Source: Guillardia theta CCMP2712 (taxonomy: Eukaryota > Protista > Cryptophyta). Taken from it: a stretch of DNA of 40,451 nucleotides. The position numbers and the translations under genes are program-made. Position 1 is the first letter of the stretch, and every line of letters begins with the position of its first letter. The notes under the pieces are model-generated. The model did not search any database. It saw nothing but the letters and a program-made list of their open reading frames with translations, and was not told where the DNA came from. Positions 37,008 through 40,451 of the stretch are shown here, one piece after another. The DNA is taken from NCBI RefSeq assembly GCF_000315625.1, contig NW_005434659.1:982710-1023160 (forward strand). Reading direction: 5' to 3'.

Positions 37008-39738
37008 CGTTATTTTCGGCAGGCGCCGTTATTTTCGGCAGGCGCCGTTATTTTCGGCAGGCGCCGTTATTTTCGGCAGCATGGCTCCTTGCCAGGTGTA
37101 GGGGAAGCCGCCAGGGCGCCAAGGAAGCTGCAAGCGAGAGGTTTGTATACTTCAAATAGCTTTCTAAGTATGGTTCTTCAGTATGATGAAAATGTTCGCA
37201 ACCTGCTGTATCGGAGATCATGCCAATACACGCAGAGCGGACTTGTGGATGCCTCTGTCCTCGAAGCTGATCTCGTCGAGAGGGTGAAGAGCTTCGCGAA
37301 GCGTTATCCGAACAGCAGGACAGCCCAGGCTTGCAAGGCTGTGGAGGGATGCACCCCCGACGCTATCGCAGAAGCCATCCGCTCGACATGTCAGCAGGCA
37401 CGACGTGAGTTTCTGCAAGAAGCGATGACTGGATGGAGTGACGCATCCAGAGAGTGGTTTATGCAGCAGATTGAAGAAGCCAAGAAGGAGAAGGTCGAGA
37501 CATACACCGCCTCAGCAGGCAACGAGGTGACTTCCTTCATCTCCATGACTCTCCTGGGCATCTCCTCGGTGTATGTCAACCATGAAGAAAAGCTGAAGAA
37601 GAAATTCGAAGAGATCGGACTGATCGTAGACTCAGTGCAAGAGAGTAAAGCAATCATGTGGAAGGCTCCGTATAGACCCGAGATAGCGAGTGCTGAGGAG
37701 ATCCCGGTGACTGTTTCCTTCCTCCGCAATGCACAAGCGGAGAAGCTCTGGCAGGGAAGAGAGGACTTCGCGATCGATGGTCGCAAGTTCACAGCTGTAC
37801 ATGTGAGCATCGTGCACGATCGATCTTTCAAGATTCGAGCCAAGAGAGGACCCTGGGGCAAAGGGGGCAGCTTGGCAGAGCTGACTCACCTGCTAACCTT
37901 GGGCGGCATGACAACGGCTGAGATAGCTGCCGTCTATCGCTATCAGCTGCTGCGCCAGTCCCTTGCAGCGGTCCAACTCCAGCCGCTGGCAGGCATGCTG
38001 GTCGCTGGGGCGCCAGGACAGCAAGTCCACAAAGGCTTAGGTCAGAAAGGCTTCATCGCTGTAGGGGCCAACGTCATCTGGAGACAGAGGGAGGTGGAGT
38101 GGATCGTCTCCTCGAGCTGCCCAGAGGCGAATGATACAGCATTTCGAGCTTTCCGAGAGAGCGAAGCGATGGAGGGAGTACACCTGACTCTGTTCAGCGA
38201 GGACCCGAAGATCAGAGAGGCGCTCGCAGTCGAGTTGACAGCTGATCGCTTTGTGTCCAGAAATAAGTTGAAGAAGGCATCAAGGATGCAGAAGAAGGCA
38301 GGCGGCAAGGACGGCAAGGAGATCAAGATCATCATCAAGTCGACGGCGGCATCTGGTCGCTTCACGAGGAAGGAGATGGAGGGGCTGTGCAACGGCGGCA
38401 ACACGTCTATCGCAAGAGTCAAGAGAGTCTTGTTGGAGATCGCTAACAGGCTCGAGATCAACGTTGAAGGCATCGACATGGAGGAGGATTTGAACACCAA
38501 GTCCTGGAACGGGTCCAAGCTATGCATCCTCCTCGGCTCCACGGAGGATGCTCGACGCATGATGAAGGAGCTGCCCTTCTATCTCGAAGGCGCAGCCACC
38601 AAGCTCGAAGCAGTCGGCTTCGACAAGGAGCCTGACTCTGAGGCGGCTGGTCAGCGGGGCACCAGCGACGCAGCGCAGCGACAGGAGGAGAGCGAGGGAG
38701 AGTGGCTGGAGTTTACAGACCTGGAGAGGATCACAATGGAGGCAGCATCTCCGTCAAGCCAAGAGGACATGCAGCTCGTCAGCGAGCTGTCAGCAGTCAT
38801 CGAAGATGCAGCTTCTTTGAACGAGGCAGGGACGAGCGAGCCGATCAAGCTGGTCCTGGACAAGGCCGTTGGCAACCTCCACGACACGTTCTACTCTCCG
38901 GGGAGCCTGGAGTTCATGGCGCTGGGAGAGTGGGCGAAGATGCCAGAGGAGCAGGGAGTGGGACGCAACGCGCTCAAGGAGAAGCTGGGGAAGTGGCTGC
39001 AGAGCAAGCGCTGGACTCGCGTGCAAGGAGAGAGCAAGAAGGCAAGGAGGGGCAGCGCGTTCTCGCCACGGGCAACGGCAGCTGCTGAGCTTGAGCAGGA
39101 GGCGGAGAGCGACGACATAGAGCGTCGATCTCTTAGCTTCCTGTTCATAGCACTGAGTAAATTCGCAGAGATGCATGTGCTGGCCTGCTCGCTGAAGGTG
39201 GACAAGAAGGACCGACTGCGAGTGGAGATGAGGGAAGATGACGAAGAAGAGGAAGACATGGAGGAAGAGCAAGGCGAGGGCGAGGAAGAAGACGGGGCGA
39301 GCCCGTACCGAGCTTGAGCTGAGCCCAAGGTAAGGAGAGAAGGTAGGAGGCGACCGAAGGCCAAGGTGAGGAGAGGCAACTCTCCTGACTGAAGCTGAGG
39401 AAGCTGAATGGAGGACGAGTAGGTGGCGACCGAAGGCCAAGGTGAGGAGAGGCAACTCTTCTGACTGAGGCTGAGGAAGCTGAATGGAGGTAGAGTAGGT
39501 GGTGACCGAAGGCCAAGGTGAGGAGAGGCAACTCTCCTGACTGAGGCTGAGGAAGCCAAGAGAAGACAGCAGAAGTAGAGAGTAGAAAGACGCCTCAGAA
39601 GCAGGGTTCGCATTGTAGGCCGTGTACTCCCAGTGCTCGAGCGCCTCTTTAGACTAGGATCAAATTGCATAAGCCCACAACGAGGCCGAGCAACATTCTA
39701 GCATTCTAATAAACTCACATAATAATAATAATAATAAT
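37008..39738 (+). mobile_element. Telomere-inserted element copy 3 (complete 3' end)
   Basis: About 3.7 19-bp units, an intact ORF, 76-bp units at 39349/39425/39501 and CTAATAAACTCACAT(AAT)6 fused to AGGG. Confidence 0.9.
37170..39317 (+). CDS. 715-aa ORF1/Gag-like protein with putative RRM-like domains
   Basis: Intact paralog of 34696..36825, differing by in-frame indels (AGGK, DS) and few substitutions. Confidence 0.8.
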   Translation: MVLQYDENVRNLLYRRSCQYTQSGLVDASVLEADLVERVKSFAKRYPNSRTAQACKAVEGCTPDAIAEAIRSTCQQARREFLQEAMTGWSDASREWFMQQIEEAKKEKVETYTASAGNEVTSFISMTLLGISSVYVNHEEKLKKKFEEIGLIVDSVQESKAIMWKAPYRPEIASAEEIPVTVSFLRNAQAEKLWQGREDFAIDGRKFTAVHVSIVHDRSFKIRAKRGPWGKGGSLAELTHLLTLGGMTTAEIAAVYRYQLLRQSLAAVQLQPLAGMLVAGAPGQQVHKGLGQKGFIAVGANVIWRQREVEWIVSSSCPEANDTAFRAFRESEAMEGVHLTLFSEDPKIREALAVELTADRFVSRNKLKKASRMQKKAGGKDGKEIKIIIKSTAASGRFTRKEMEGLCNGGNTSIARVKRVLLEIANRLEINVEGIDMEEDLNTKSWNGSKLCILLGSTEDARRMMKELPFYLEGAATKLEAVGFDKEPDSEAAGQRGTSDAAQRQEESEGEWLEFTDLERITMEAASPSSQEDMQLVSELSAVIEDAASLNEAGTSEPIKLVLDKAVGNLHDTFYSPGSLEFMALGEWAKMPEEQGVGRNALKEKLGKWLQSKRWTRVQGESKKARRGSAFSPRATAAAELEQEAESDDIERRSLSFLFIALSKFAEMHVLACSLKVDKKDRLRVEMREDDEEEEDMEEEQGEGEEEDGASPYRA

Positions 39739-39776
39739 AGGGTTTAGGGTTTAGGGTTTAGGGTTTAGGGTTTAGG
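39738..39776 (+). repeat. Telomeric tract 5
   Basis: TAGGG(TTTAGGG)4TTTAGG. Confidence 0.97.
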
Positions 39777-40060
39777 AGGCCGCCCCTTCCCGAGGCATGC
39801 ACATCCGCGGCGCGTAGGGAGAGCGCAAGGGGACCGGAGGAAGCTGCGAGCAAGTTCTTGGTATAGTTCAAATAGCTTCTAAGCATGGTACTACAGTATG
39901 ATGAGAGCGTTCGCAACCTGCTGTATCGGAGATCATGCCAATACACGCAGGGCGAGCGCTCTGGCTGGAGTAACAGACAGACCGACCTCGTCGAGAGGGT
40001 GAAGAGCTTCGCGAAGCGGTATCCTGGTAGTAGGACAGCTCAGGCTTGCAGAGCTGAGGG
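39777..40060 (+). mobile_element. Divergent subfamily copy 4, 5' portion only
   Basis: Starts TTTAGG|AGGC. It has a diverged 5' UTR and an ORF from 39885 (MVLQYDESVRNLLYRRSCQYTQ...DLVERVKSFAKRYPGSRTAQAC) that is interrupted by a satellite. Confidence 0.8.
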
Positions 40061-40451
40061 ACAGACCGCTGGAGTAACAGACAGACCGCTGGAGTAACAG
40101 ACAGACCGCTGGAGTAACAGACAAGACCGCTGGAGTAACAGACAGACCGCTGGAGTAACAGACAGAGACCGCTGGAGTAACAGACAGAGACCGCTGGAGT
40201 AACAGACAGACCGCTGGAGTAACAGACAGAGACCGCTGGAGTAACAGACAGACCGCTGGAGTAACAGACAGACCGCTGGAGTAACAGACAGACCGCTGGA
40301 GTAACAGACAGACCGCTGGAGTAACAGACAGACCGCTGGAGTAACAGACAGACCGCTGGAGTAACAGACAGACCGCTGGAGTAACAGACAGACCGCTGGA
40401 GTAACAGACAGACCGCTGGAGTAACAGACAGACCGCTGGAGTAACAGACAG
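40061..40451 (+). repeat. 20-bp tandem repeat (ACAGACCGCTGGAGTAACAG) x ~19, running off the window
   Basis: Directly visible, with occasional +A or +AG variants. Confidence 0.97.

Noticed and set aside
32052-39670. Recurrent antisense ORFs (156-259 aa) in each element copy
   Set aside because: They are shadows of the plus-strand ORF and the purine-rich UTR, repeated only because the DNA is repeated.

Overview
This is eukaryotic nuclear DNA with many ~40-60 bp GT-AG introns, microsatellite-filled introns and TTTAGGG repeats. The style suggests a cryptophyte-like alga (inference, not verified). The window appears to run from a gene-dense chromosome arm into a subtelomere. Bases 1-26.6 kb hold about 11 spliced genes: TMEM260/DUF2723, a Sel1-repeat protein, TMTC, DNAJC1-like, JmjC, LRR, an EF-hand kinase, a DGK1-like kinase, DUF3727 and two hypotheticals. 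A non-coding and satellite stretch follows, then one intronless 659-aa membrane ORF. From 31,022 to the end is a head-to-tail array of elements embedded in short (TTTAGGG)n tracts. The first is a 5'-truncated fragment whose translation resembles the C-terminus of a restriction-like-endonuclease (RLE) non-LTR retrotransposon. Next come three ~2.6-kb copies, plus one divergent partial copy, of an element encoding a single ~710-aa RRM-like/ORF1-like protein with no recognisable RT. Both element types end in CTAATAAACTCA-(AAT)n fused to AGGG(TTTAGGG)n, and the full-length copies start right after TTTAGG with variable ~20-bp tandem repeats. The best candidate for a new system is a two-component telomere-targeted retroelement family, analogous to MoTeR1/2, HeT-A/TART and SART. 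Exon boundaries were read by eye and gene ends are approximate.
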